Origin: an uncultured delta proteobacterium
GTDB taxonomy: Bacteria; Desulfobacterota; Binatia; Binatales; Binataceae
Assembly: GCA_963724395.1 (NCBI GenBank)
Contig: CAVRUK010000005.1
Coordinates: forward strand, 211,737 to 275,736
Direction of reading: 5' to 3'
Length of the DNA: 64,000 nucleotides
In this document: positions 45,646 to 54,832 of the stretch, piece by piece
Numbering within the stretch: position 1 is the first letter of the stretch
How the letters are laid out: each line of letters opens with the position of its first letter
Made by a program: the position numbers and the translations under genes
The notes under the pieces: generated by a model
Told to the model about the DNA's origin: nothing
Databases searched by the model: none
The model's input: the letters and a program-made list of their open reading frames with translations, nothing else

Positions 45646-45962
45646 ATGAGCGATGGGACAACTCACAATCCTGCGGTTTCGGTGGTCATACCCACTCACA
45701 ACCGCGCCCGCAGTCTGCGCCGAACGCTGTGCGCGTTGGCCACACAGACTTTCCCAACCGATCATTTCGAGACGCTAATAATCGCAAATGGCTGCCACGC
45801 CGATATGGGGAGACAGTGCGCGCGCTCGCCACGCCTTTCGCGCTGCGGCTGGTCGAACTATCGGCCTCTGGCGTTAGCTTGGCCGGCAGCTACGGTTTGG
45901 CGTGGCTGCGGATGCAAAGGCGCTGGAATCGTCTTATAGATTGCGCCACCGATTACTGGTAG
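45646..45962 (+). pseudogene. Truncated, frameshifted family-2 glycosyltransferase remnant
   Basis: MSDGTTHNPAVSVVIPTHNRARSLRRTLCALATQTFPTDHFETLIIANG is a GT2 N-terminus. It continues only in other frames (GETVRALATPFALRLVELSASGVSLAGSYGLAW; AKGAGIVL) and stops after about 105 codons, without the DxD or acceptor half. Confidence 0.7.
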
Positions 45963-46076
45963 CTCCGCGGTGTGGCCGACGAACTCGGAAGCCGGGCGGC
46001 CACGGCTGCGTTTCTCGCAGATCTGAAGTCGCCTCGGACCTAACCTGATGGCGGTCCGGCACGGGCGGCAAGCGCC

Positions 46077-47072
46077 TTATCCATGGCCTTGCTTAGACTC
46101 GCGGCGCCGGCGCCGCCATGCCGCTTGCCCCCTGACAGCGCGCCGGCCCAAAGTGGTCCGCTTCAGACGCGGCACGATCAACGCAAACCACATCGCGCGG
46201 GTTGCGGTCAGCAAACGTTGGTCGCTGACGTGGATGGCAAGTCTGAACTCGTGCCAGGCCTTGTTGACATCGCCAGCCAGCAGCCATCGCTGCCCGCGAA
46301 ACAGATACACGTTTGTGTATGCGATAGATTTCATTGCGCGGACCGCGGGTGGCAGATCCGGGTCGCTGAATAGCCGATCCAGGGGCACTGTCCGCGTATC
46401 GAGAACATCTGCGAACCGAGCCGAGTGCGCCCCGGTGAGATTGTCATCGTGCCATCGAACATGGGCGAGAACCCGGTCCACGAAGCAGAAACGACAGTGG
46501 CGCGCCAAACGCAAGCGCATGTCCCAATCTTCGTTGGCAATCAGCGACTCGTCATAAAGACCGGTGCGGTCGAAGCAGGAGCGTCGCGCCAAGAGCGCGA
46601 TATTACAAATGCAGTCGTCGTAGACCAGAGTGCGCAAAGTGTCGCCCGGAAAGCGCTCCCGCATTCCGAATACTTCCGGCAGTAAATGCCCGTTGCTGTC
46701 GATCGCCTGGCCCTTGGCGGAGGCAACACCGATTTCAGGGCGCGCCTCAAGAACTCCTACCAGCGTTAGAAGCATGTCCGGCATCCAGAGGTCATCCGAA
46801 TCCAACCGCGCGACGAAGTCGCCACTTGCAGCCCGCATCCCCGCGTTCATCGCAGCGCTGATGCCGCGATTAAGCTGCCGAACGCAACGCATCCGCGGAT
46901 CGGTGATCGCACGGAGCAGTGCGGGCGTTGCATCGGTCGATCCGTCATCAACCACGATCAGCTCGAGGTCCGATAATTCCTGATCCAGAACGCTCTTGAT
47001 CGCCTCGCCCAGGTAGCGGGCGCGGTTATAGGTGGGAATGATGACCGTGACCTTGGGCGGGTGGATGGGCAT
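46077..47072 (-). CDS. Family-2 glycosyltransferase
   Basis: VTVIIPTYNRARYLGEAIKSVLDQ, LIVVDDGSTD, ARLDSDDLW and NEDWDMRLRLA. It is 331 aa and lies in the opposite orientation to the flanking lipid A genes. Confidence 0.85.
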   Translation of the reverse strand: MPIHPPKVTVIIPTYNRARYLGEAIKSVLDQELSDLELIVVDDGSTDATPALLRAITDPRMRCVRQLNRGISAAMNAGMRAASGDFVARLDSDDLWMPDMLLTLVGVLEARPEIGVASAKGQAIDSNGHLLPEVFGMRERFPGDTLRTLVYDDCICNIALLARRSCFDRTGLYDESLIANEDWDMRLRLARHCRFCFVDRVLAHVRWHDDNLTGAHSARFADVLDTRTVPLDRLFSDPDLPPAVRAMKSIAYTNVYLFRGQRWLLAGDVNKAWHEFRLAIHVSDQRLLTATRAMWFALIVPRLKRTTLGRRAVRGQAAWRRRRRESKQGHG

Positions 47073-47079
47073 ATATTTT

Positions 47080-47480
47080 TTGGGAAAAGTCCAGGCGCGC
47101 GATCGCGGTGCGAGTGCGAGCTATTCGGCGGTGGCCATAGGGCACTTTCTAAAAGATCACTTCGCCGCGACGCGAGCGCCACAACATGCCCCGCCAATAG
47201 CTTTCAACGATTTTGGCACGCTCATACTCGGCAATAACTCCGTGAACCTGAGTCAGCAGACACACTTGCGGATCATTATCCAAGCGCGAACGCATCTATG
47301 AAAGGCGCGCGCACGGCCTGCCGGCACATTAGGGCGGTGACTCTCAAAACTCTAGACTTTTTCGCCGCTTTCGGAGTTTTCAGTAGGCACAGGCCCTCTC
47401 AGGCCGGTCGTTTACCGGAAAAGCCTTCAACGCGACAACGGCATGCAATTTCAGGTAGTGTCCTGACCTGAGGCTTACTC
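47080..47480 (-). pseudogene. Degraded serine recombinase (resolvase-domain) relic
   Basis: Minus-strand fragments in shifting frames: EGFSGKRPA followed by a stop (47428-47402); then APFIDAFAL; then a 48-codon ORF at 47295-47149, MRSRLDNDPQVCLLTQVHGVIAEYERAKIVESYWRGMLWRSRRGEVIF; then, after the stop, KVPYGHRRI. These match the D.G.SG...RP, AE(F/Y)ER..I.ER and PYGYR motifs of large serine recombinases. Confidence 0.6.
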
Positions 47481-47699
47481 TATCCGGCCAATGCCCAGCA
47501 GCAAATCAATAGCGGTGATCCGCGGACCTAGGCAAACCGCACCCGGATAGGTTTTGCCAGAATTGCGGAATTTGCGCGACAGGAGAGATTCTCCGGGTCC
47601 GCGGGCGATCGCAAATCGCGTTTGCGCACGCCCGGATTTCGATCGATTCTCCCGCGTGGCCGAATCCCTGGAGACTGAGGTGTAATCGACGACGCTCGG

Positions 47700-48959
47700 A
47701 TGCTAAGCGCACTGTACAACATATTGTGGTATCCGGCGCTGCCGTTTGCGCTGCTCGCGGCGCATCCGGGCAACCTGCGCGACTATCGCGAGCGGATGGG
47801 GCACGGCGATTTCCCGGACGCCGCCGGCGCGCTGCGAATCTGGATTCATGCGGCGTCGGTCGGCGAGATCGAAGCGATTCGGCCGGTCGCCATCGGCCTG
47901 CTGGAGCGTTATCCCGACGCGGTCATGGCGATCACCACGATGACGGCGACGGGACGCGAGGCTGCCATGCGCCGAATCCCGAGCGCGGCGGCGTGGATGC
48001 TTGCGCCGCTCGACAATCGCCGCGCGGTGCGATCCTTTCTTCAGCACGTTCGGCCGAACATCGTGCTGATCACCGAGACTGAAATCTGGCCGAACTACTT
48101 CATCGAGTCTGCGCGGAGCGGCGCGACGATTGCGGTGGTCAACGGCCGGATTTCGGAACGATCGCTGCGCCGCTACCTGCGCGCGCGCAGCCTGTTTGAA
48201 GACGCGCTCGGCCACGCAACCCTGATTCTGACGCAGAGCGTCGACAACGCGCATCGCTATGCGGAGTTCGAGATTCCGGCGAAGGTGGTCGTCACCGGCA
48301 ACACCAAGATCGAAACGGCGCGGGCGAGTGAAGAACCGATTCGTCCCGAGCTGCTGGCGTTTGCGCCGGGGCGCAAGATTTTCATCGCGGGATCGACCGC
48401 GCCGGGCGAAGCCGCCGTGATCGCGGATGCTTACCGTCAACTGCGCAAGGACTTTCCCGAGCTCGCGCTGGCGATTGCACCACGCCATCTCGAGCGCACG
48501 CCTGACGTCGAAAACGCGCTGCGCGCGGCCTCGCTGGATTACGTCAAGGCGTCGCAACTCAGTTCTCCGCCTGCGGTGCGCGACGCCAGCGTTCTGATCC
48601 TCGACACGATGGGCGAGCTGCGCAGCTTCTATCGTCGCGGCGCGATTGCGTTCGTCGGCGGCAGTCTCGCGCCGGGCCGCGGTGGGCAAAATCCCGCCGA
48701 GCCCGCGTTGGTCGAGGTCCCGGTGCTGATCGGTCCGTATCACGAGAACCAGCGGCAAATAGTGTCGTCGATTGTCAGCTCAGGCGGCGCGAGAATCGTC
48801 AAAGAGGCGCGCGACATCGTCATCGAAACTTCGAAATGGCTCGGCGACGAGGCCGCCCGACAACAAGCGGGCCGGAGCGCGCGCGCGACGGTGAACCGAG
48901 GGGCCGGCGGCGCGCAGCTCGCCTTGAAGCATCTCGAAGCGCTCATTAATCTCGGCTGA
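47700..48959 (+). CDS. waaA: 3-deoxy-D-manno-octulosonic acid (Kdo) transferase WaaA/KdtA
   Basis: LYNILWYPALPFALL, IWIHAASVGEIEAIRPV, ETEIWPN and GGSLAPGRGGQNPAEP. Confidence 0.9.
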   Translation: MLSALYNILWYPALPFALLAAHPGNLRDYRERMGHGDFPDAAGALRIWIHAASVGEIEAIRPVAIGLLERYPDAVMAITTMTATGREAAMRRIPSAAAWMLAPLDNRRAVRSFLQHVRPNIVLITETEIWPNYFIESARSGATIAVVNGRISERSLRRYLRARSLFEDALGHATLILTQSVDNAHRYAEFEIPAKVVVTGNTKIETARASEEPIRPELLAFAPGRKIFIAGSTAPGEAAVIADAYRQLRKDFPELALAIAPRHLERTPDVENALRAASLDYVKASQLSSPPAVRDASVLILDTMGELRSFYRRGAIAFVGGSLAPGRGGQNPAEPALVEVPVLIGPYHENQRQIVSSIVSSGGARIVKEARDIVIETSKWLGDEAARQQAGRSARATVNRGAGGAQLALKHLEALINLG

Positions 48960-48962
48960 CCG

Positions 48963-50084
48963 ATGCCCCCCAGCCAGCCGAGTCCGAATCGCCCGCCAAT
49001 CGAGCGATTTTGGCAGCGCGATCTTCGCGCGCGCCTCTTCCCGGCGTGGGTCGGCCTCGCGGCTGCCGCCGGTCTCTACCGAATCGGCGTCGGCGCCCGT
49101 CACCTTTACTGGCGGACGATGAAACGGCGCGCTCCCGTGCTGACGATCAGCGTCGGCAACCTGACCGTCGGCGGAACCGGCAAGACTCCATTCACGTTGT
49201 TCCTCGCCAACCGCTTGCAGAGCCACGGCCTGCGCGTTGGAATCGTGAGCCGGGGCTATCGGCGCAAGCAGTCGAAAGCGCGGGCCGAGTTGGTCGCCGA
49301 CGGCGGCCAATTGAAAATCGCCGCGGAAGACGCGGGCGACGAACCGGCGATGATGGCGCGGTCGTTCACCGGACCGATTGCGGTTGCGCGGCGGCGCATC
49401 GACGCCATCGAGCTGCTGCGCAAGCTTGGTCCGCTCGACGCAGTGATCCTGGACGACGGCTTTCAGCACGTGCGCTTGAATCGCGACATCGATCTCGTGC
49501 TGGTGAACAACCAGCGCGGCTTCGGCAATGGCTGGATGATCCCGGCCGGGCCGATGCGCGAACCGATCCGCGCCGTCAATCGTGCCGATGCGATCATAGT
49601 GATGAACTCCGGGAGCGGCCCGTCGTCAATTCAACCGTCGCAGATGAAGCAACTGACCGCGCGCAAGCTGCTTCACGCGTCGGTGCGGCCGCGCGCGTTG
49701 CTGATCACCGAGAACGGGATGTGGCGCGAAACCCCACTGGGACTTGGAGGACGACGCGTGCTGGCGGTCAGCGGTCTCGCGGATTCGGGCGGGTTCTACG
49801 CTATGCTGCGCGAGCTCGACGCGGACCTGGTCGGCGTTTTCGAATATCCCGACCATCACGCCTACACGAACGCTGACTGGCAGGCTATGGTGAATGCGAT
49901 GCGCGACACCGACCTGCTCGTCACCACTGAGAAGGACCTGGTCAAGCTCGAGCGGTTTCCGTTCCCGCGCGATTCGCTATACGCTCTCAGGCTCGAAGTG
50001 ACGATGGACGCGGATGATGCGCGCGCTCTGGACGAATTGATACTCGGACGCATAACGGTGCCGGCGGCCGCCGTGGACGGGTAA
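48963..50084 (+). CDS. lpxK: Tetraacyldisaccharide 4'-kinase LpxK
   Basis: VLTISVGNLTVGGTGKTPF (P-loop), SRGY, DEPAMMA and ILDDGFQH. Confidence 0.9.
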   Translation: MPPSQPSPNRPPIERFWQRDLRARLFPAWVGLAAAAGLYRIGVGARHLYWRTMKRRAPVLTISVGNLTVGGTGKTPFTLFLANRLQSHGLRVGIVSRGYRRKQSKARAELVADGGQLKIAAEDAGDEPAMMARSFTGPIAVARRRIDAIELLRKLGPLDAVILDDGFQHVRLNRDIDLVLVNNQRGFGNGWMIPAGPMREPIRAVNRADAIIVMNSGSGPSSIQPSQMKQLTARKLLHASVRPRALLITENGMWRETPLGLGGRRVLAVSGLADSGGFYAMLRELDADLVGVFEYPDHHAYTNADWQAMVNAMRDTDLLVTTEKDLVKLERFPFPRDSLYALRLEVTMDADDARALDELILGRITVPAAAVDG

Positions 50085-50095
50085 GAGGTAAAAAA

Positions 50096-50266
50096 ATGGC
50101 GCTGAGTCAGGAATTGCTCGACATCCTCGCGTGCCCGAAATGCAAGGGCGATCTGCATCTCAACGACAAGCAGGACGGCCTGGTCTGCAGCTCGTGCAAA
50201 CTCGAATATCCGGTGCGCGATGACATTCCAATCATGCTGATCGAGGAAGCCAAGCCGATCGCGTGA
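50096..50266 (+). CDS. ycaR: Trm112/YcaR (UPF0434) small zinc-ribbon protein
   Basis: 56 codons, not present in the ORF track: MALSQELLDILACPKCKGDLHLNDKQDGLVCSSCKLEYPVRDDIPIMLIEEAKPIA. It lies downstream of lpxK, as ycaR does in E. coli. Confidence 0.85.
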   Translation: MALSQELLDILACPKCKGDLHLNDKQDGLVCSSCKLEYPVRDDIPIMLIEEAKPIA

Positions 50267-50298
50267 CCTCGCCGCGGCGCGCGGCCAGCCTGCCCGCG

Positions 50299-51483
50299 AT
50301 GAAAACCATCGACGCGACGCGCGCCCGCCAGTTCGCATGGCTCGCGTTGGCTGCTTACCTCGTCGCGCTCGGCATCTCGGCGACGTTCCGCTCGCAGGGC
50401 GACTTCAACGTCTATTATCGCACGGGACATCGCGTGCTTCACGGCCTCGCGATCTATCCGCCGGACGACTCCGATCGTTTTCTCTACGCGCCCATCTTTG
50501 CGATCGGATTCGCACCCTTCGCCGCGCTGCCACGCCATCTCGCGCAGTTCGTTTTCTTCGCAATCAACGCATTCTCTCTGATCGAATTGATCCTCGGCGC
50601 CGGCGTGATGCTGTTCGGCCGCGAGCGGCGCTTGCCGGCCATGCTGGTCGTCGTCCCGGTGTTGCTGTCGTTCAGATTTATCGACAACAACTTCGATCAC
50701 GGCCAGATAAACCTCCCGACTCTCGCGCTAATCGTGTGGACGATCGTTTACGCCGACGAATCCCGCAACGCGTGGGCGGGCCTGATGATTGCGGCTGCCA
50801 TACTGATCAAGCCGTTCGCAGTACTGGCCGCGCTTCACCTGGCGATTCGCCGAAACTTCGCCTCGCTCGGATGGGCAGTCGCGGCCGGAATCGCGCTCCT
50901 GGTCGCGCCAATCGTGGTCTTCGGCCCGCACAGATGGATCGATCAAACCGGCGCGTACGCGAACGCGATCGTTTCGATGACGAATCGCTATCGCACGATG
51001 CTCACGAACCAGTCGGCCGTCTCCGCGGTCGCGCGCCTGATGAGTCTTCGAGTCGGAGATGCCGCGGAAACGTCGCCAACTGCCACGCTTGTTGGAATGG
51101 CTCTCGAAATAGTGCTCATCGCGGCAGTGTCGCTCTGGGACTGGATGAGCGGCGTGCGGAGAAACTTCGCGAGCAGCCTCGCGCTGTGCGGTTTGTTCTG
51201 CCTGATGCCCTCGTTCGCGCCGATTTCGTGGAAGAGTTACTACGCGGCGATGCTCGTTCCATATATGGCTCTGACCTCGGCGCTCTGGACCGATCGCGGC
51301 ACCGGCAAAAGCGCACCGATTTCCGTGAAGACACTTTTTGCGATCTCGGTTGTGCTCAATCTCGCGACGGGAAACTATTTAAACCGCCTCGCCCTCTTCT
51401 ACTCGGCGCACTTCCTTTCATCGTTGCTCGCGCTCACCGCGTTGTTCGCATTGTGGCGCACGAGCGAGGCAGTTCAAACGTGA
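50299..51483 (+). CDS. Polytopic GT-C-type glycosyltransferase, family 87 / DUF2029-like
   Basis: About 10 TM helices, with DFNVYYRTGHRVLHGLAIYPP...FLYAPIFAIGFAPFA and IDNNFDHGQINLPTLAL. The start is at 50299 (ATG) or 50263. Confidence 0.65.
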   Translation: MKTIDATRARQFAWLALAAYLVALGISATFRSQGDFNVYYRTGHRVLHGLAIYPPDDSDRFLYAPIFAIGFAPFAALPRHLAQFVFFAINAFSLIELILGAGVMLFGRERRLPAMLVVVPVLLSFRFIDNNFDHGQINLPTLALIVWTIVYADESRNAWAGLMIAAAILIKPFAVLAALHLAIRRNFASLGWAVAAGIALLVAPIVVFGPHRWIDQTGAYANAIVSMTNRYRTMLTNQSAVSAVARLMSLRVGDAAETSPTATLVGMALEIVLIAAVSLWDWMSGVRRNFASSLALCGLFCLMPSFAPISWKSYYAAMLVPYMALTSALWTDRGTGKSAPISVKTLFAISVVLNLATGNYLNRLALFYSAHFLSSLLALTALFALWRTSEAVQT

Positions 51484-51497
51484 GACCGCCAGCGCAA

Positions 51498-52223
51498 ATG
51501 AAGTGGCGCCCCGATCCGAACTTCTCGACGTTCAGGGTCGGACGCGGCGAACTAGTGATTCATCGCGACATCGCCGCACACGCCGCGCAAATCATACTGA
51601 AGCTCGACGAGCTTACATCGTCGCCGGAAGCGGGCGCGGGAAATCGCCAGAGCGCATTTCGGATGAACCTCGGCGGCGTCGAATTGTATGCTCGCCGAGG
51701 TCGTCGGGGAGGAATGATCGGATCGATTCTCAGCGACGTTTATCTCGGCCTGACGCCGCGCCCGCTGACTGAACTCAATGTGACTATTGAAGCTATGCGC
51801 CGCGGAATTCCCGTGGCTGAGCCGATGGGCGCGATGGTCGAATGGATCGGTCCCGCTCTTTATCGCGGATTTTTCCTGACCCGCGCGGTGAGCGGAATGA
51901 CATTGTGGGAATTCGTGAAGACTGACGACGATCCGACCGTTCGTAATCACGTTCTCGCGCGGGCGCGCACGGCAATCGAGACGATGCACGACAAGGGGCT
52001 CTTTCACGCGGATCTCAATCTTCACAACTTGCTGGTGACGCGAGCGCGCGAGAGTTTCACCGTAATTGTTCTCGACCTCGACAAGGCACGGCTTTTCGAC
52101 GCGCCACTGTCGCCGTCGATGCGCCGGGCGAACGTAGCGCGCTTGATCCGGTCGGCGCGCAAGCTCGATCCGTCCGGCCAATTTCTCGACGCAGCCGCGC
52201 TAGCGATTCTGAATCTGGAATGA
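51498..52223 (+). CDS. Lipopolysaccharide kinase (Kdo/WaaP/InaA) family protein
   Basis: ELYARRGRRGG, LTRAVSGMTLWEF and GLFHADLNLHNLLV...VIVLDLDKA are catalytic-loop and DxD-like motifs of the LPS kinase family. It is the in-frame tail of ORF 50337-52223. An alternative GTG start is at 51480. Confidence 0.72.
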   Translation: MKWRPDPNFSTFRVGRGELVIHRDIAAHAAQIILKLDELTSSPEAGAGNRQSAFRMNLGGVELYARRGRRGGMIGSILSDVYLGLTPRPLTELNVTIEAMRRGIPVAEPMGAMVEWIGPALYRGFFLTRAVSGMTLWEFVKTDDDPTVRNHVLARARTAIETMHDKGLFHADLNLHNLLVTRARESFTVIVLDLDKARLFDAPLSPSMRRANVARLIRSARKLDPSGQFLDAAALAILNLE

Positions 52224-52232
52224 CTTGTGAAT

Positions 52233-52616
52233 CTAGTCACGTTTCAGCGCGATCGCGTCGATCTCGATTCGAGCGTTGCGCGGCAGCGCCGCGACCTGCA
52301 CGGTCGAGCGTGCGGGATACGGAGGATCGAAGTGCTCTCCGTAGATGCGGTTGACGATTTCAAACTCAGCCAGATCGATCATGAAGATTGTCGTCCTCAC
52401 GACATCGACAAAATCCAGGCCCGCGGCAGCCAGCACTTCGCCGAGGTTCTGCAGCACCCGCCGAGTCTCAAATTCGATCCCGCCCTCCACGAGCACGCCC
52501 GACGCCGGGTCGAGCGCGATCTGTCCCGAGCAGAAGACGATGCCGTTTTGCTCGACCGCCTGCGAATACGGACCAATTGCGGCCGGCGCCTGCCTGCTGT
52601 GAATCGAGGTTTTCAT
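52233..52616 (-). CDS. ridA: RidA/YjgF-family reactive intermediate deaminase
   Basis: APAAIGPYSQAV, VFCSGQIALDP and YPARSTVQVAALPRNARIEIDAIA. Confidence 0.92.
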   Translation of the reverse strand: MKTSIHSRQAPAAIGPYSQAVEQNGIVFCSGQIALDPASGVLVEGGIEFETRRVLQNLGEVLAAAGLDFVDVVRTTIFMIDLAEFEIVNRIYGEHFDPPYPARSTVQVAALPRNARIEIDAIALKRD

Positions 52617-54832
52617 CCGTAACGATTACCGTTGTGCTGGCCGAGGCGCGAGACCCGCATGACGCCGTCGATCGCGCCGATCGAGTTCATCAGGTTGTTC
52701 AATTGACGCGCGCTGCTGACGCTGACCTCGAACACCGCCAGCGCGCGTCCGTCGGCGCCGTGAGTCTTCACTTCCGCCGTCGAAATATTAACCCCCGCCG
52801 ACGCGATCGCCTTGGTCATCGCGGCGAGCAGGCCCGGCTGATCGGCGCATAGCACTTCCAGCCGAATCGGGCGCGGCGCTTCCTCGCCGTCCTTCCACAC
52901 CACCGGCACCCGCCGCTGCGGATCGGTGTTGAGCGCATGCGGGCATCCCGCGACGTGCACCGTAACCCCGCGGCCGCGCGTGATGAACCCGGTGATCGCC
53001 TCGCCCGGGAGCGGATTACAGCATCGCGCGAATCGCACCAGCATGTCGCCGACGCCCGATACCACGACTGCGCCGCTGGCGGACTTGCGCGCTTCCTTGG
53101 CCGCGCGTTCCCGTTGCGCCGGCCCCAGCGGAGTGGGCGCTTTTTCGGGACGATAGATTTTCAGTTCGTCGGCCGTGAGAAGTTTCGCCAGCAACTGCGC
53201 CGGCGTGATTATTCCGTAGCCGACCGCCGCGAGCAGCCCGTCGACGTCGCGCTGGGAGAAGTCCCCGAGCACGCCCTCCAGACGCTTGCCCGATCTGAGC
53301 TGCGTGACGCTCAGCTTGACGGGTTCGAGCTCGCGATCGAGCAGCGATATTCCCAGGTCGCGCGAGCGTTCCGCTTGTTGATTGCGCAGCCATTGGCGGA
53401 TGCGCGATTTCGCGCGCGCGGTGGCCGCATAGTTCGTCCAATCCTTGCCCGGCACCTGCTTTTCCGACGTCAGCACCTCGACCGTATCGCCCGATCGCAG
53501 CCGGTAGCGCAGCGGGACCATCCGCCCGTTGACGCGCGCGCCGGCGAGATGGTTGCCGACTTGCGAATGGATTCGGTACGCAAAGTCGATCACCGTCGAG
53601 CCGAGCGGAAAATCGAAGACGTCGCCCTTGGGCGTGAACACGAAAACTTCCTCGGGAAACAAATCGTCCTTGACAGTCGACAGAAATTCCTGCGGGTCCT
53701 TGAGATTCTGCTGCCATTCAATCAGCCGCCGCAGCCACGCGAACCGCTCCGTGTCCTTGACCTCTTTCGAGTTGCCGTCCTTGTAGCTCCAGTGCGCCGC
53801 GATTCCTTCCTCGGCTACCTTGTGCATCTCGCGCGTGCGAATCTGCACTTCCATCCGCTGCCCGCGCGGACCGATCACTGTGGTATGCAGCGATTGATAC
53901 ATGTTGGCCTTGGGCAGCGCGATGTAATCCTTGAAACGGCCGGGTACCGGCTTCCAGTTGGCGTGCACGACCCCGAGCGCCTCGTAACATTCGCGCACCG
54001 TGTCCACTATGATGCGGAACGCGACCAGGTCGTAGATCTCTTCGAAGCTCAGCCCAAGCTCCTGCATTTTGGAGTGAATCGAAAAAAAATGTTTCGGCCG
54101 GCCGGTGACCTCCGCCGTCACCCCGCTGTCAGACATGCGCCGCGACAGGATCTCGATGACGTTGGCGATATACTCCTCGCGCTCCTTGCGCTTCGCCGCG
54201 ACGAAGGCCTTGAGCGTCTGGTACGCGCTGGGATTCAGATAGCGAAACGACAGGTCTTCGAGCTCCGACTTGAGCCAGTAGATTCCCAGCCGATGCGCAA
54301 TCGGCGCGTAGATCTCCATCGTTTCGCGCGCGATTTCCTGCTGCCGGTCGGCGGCCAGATGGTCGAGCGTGCGCATGTTGTGCAGACGGTCGGCGAGCTT
54401 GATCAGCACGACGCGAATGTCCTTCGCCATCGCGATGATCATCTTGCGGAAATTCTCCGCCTGCTTTTCCTCGCGGCTCTGGAACGTGATCTTCGAGACC
54501 TTGGTCACCCCGTCAACCAGTTGCGCGACCTCGGGGCCGAAATCCGTCTGCACCTCGGCGAGCGACGTCTCGGTGTCCTCGACGACGTCGTGCAAGAGGC
54601 CGGTGACTATAGAGGGCACGTCGAGTTTGAGTTGCGCGATGATCATCGCGACGTTGAGCGGATGCGTGACGTAGGGCTCGCCCGACTCGCGCTTCTGATC
54701 GAGATGCATCCGCGCCGAGTAGTCGTACGCGCGCCGGATCAGCTCGACGTCGGCCTGCGGATTGTAGCTCTGCACCCGCCCGATCAGGCCGGCGAGTTGG
54801 TCGGGAACACTGCTTTGCGCTAACTCTTCCAC
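52613..54832 (-). CDS. spoT: Bifunctional (p)ppGpp synthetase/hydrolase (RelA/SpoT homolog)
   Basis: HD domain (HPLNVAMIIAQLKLDVPSIVTGLLHDVVEDT), synthetase domain (YQSLHTTVIG, EVQIRTREMH), TGS domain (VFVFTPKGDV) and a C-terminal ACT domain. Confidence 0.95.
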   Translation of the reverse strand: MEELAQSSVPDQLAGLIGRVQSYNPQADVELIRRAYDYSARMHLDQKRESGEPYVTHPLNVAMIIAQLKLDVPSIVTGLLHDVVEDTETSLAEVQTDFGPEVAQLVDGVTKVSKITFQSREEKQAENFRKMIIAMAKDIRVVLIKLADRLHNMRTLDHLAADRQQEIARETMEIYAPIAHRLGIYWLKSELEDLSFRYLNPSAYQTLKAFVAAKRKEREEYIANVIEILSRRMSDSGVTAEVTGRPKHFFSIHSKMQELGLSFEEIYDLVAFRIIVDTVRECYEALGVVHANWKPVPGRFKDYIALPKANMYQSLHTTVIGPRGQRMEVQIRTREMHKVAEEGIAAHWSYKDGNSKEVKDTERFAWLRRLIEWQQNLKDPQEFLSTVKDDLFPEEVFVFTPKGDVFDFPLGSTVIDFAYRIHSQVGNHLAGARVNGRMVPLRYRLRSGDTVEVLTSEKQVPGKDWTNYAATARAKSRIRQWLRNQQAERSRDLGISLLDRELEPVKLSVTQLRSGKRLEGVLGDFSQRDVDGLLAAVGYGIITPAQLLAKLLTADELKIYRPEKAPTPLGPAQRERAAKEARKSASGAVVVSGVGDMLVRFARCCNPLPGEAITGFITRGRGVTVHVAGCPHALNTDPQRRVPVVWKDGEEAPRPIRLEVLCADQPGLLAAMTKAIASAGVNISTAEVKTHGADGRALAVFEVSVSSARQLNNLMNSIGAIDGVMRVSRLGQHNGNRYG

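Noticed and set aside
50337-51497. N-terminal two-thirds of the 628-aa ORF 50337-52223
   Set aside because: This part is an alternative frame over the GT87 membrane protein, with Arg-rich nonsense. Only the last ~240 codons (from 51498) carry LPS-kinase motifs.
52937-54823. 628-aa + strand ORF opposite relA/spoT
   Set aside because: This is an antisense shadow ORF typical of high-GC DNA. It has no domain signature, and the opposite strand has complete HD, synthetase, TGS and ACT domains.
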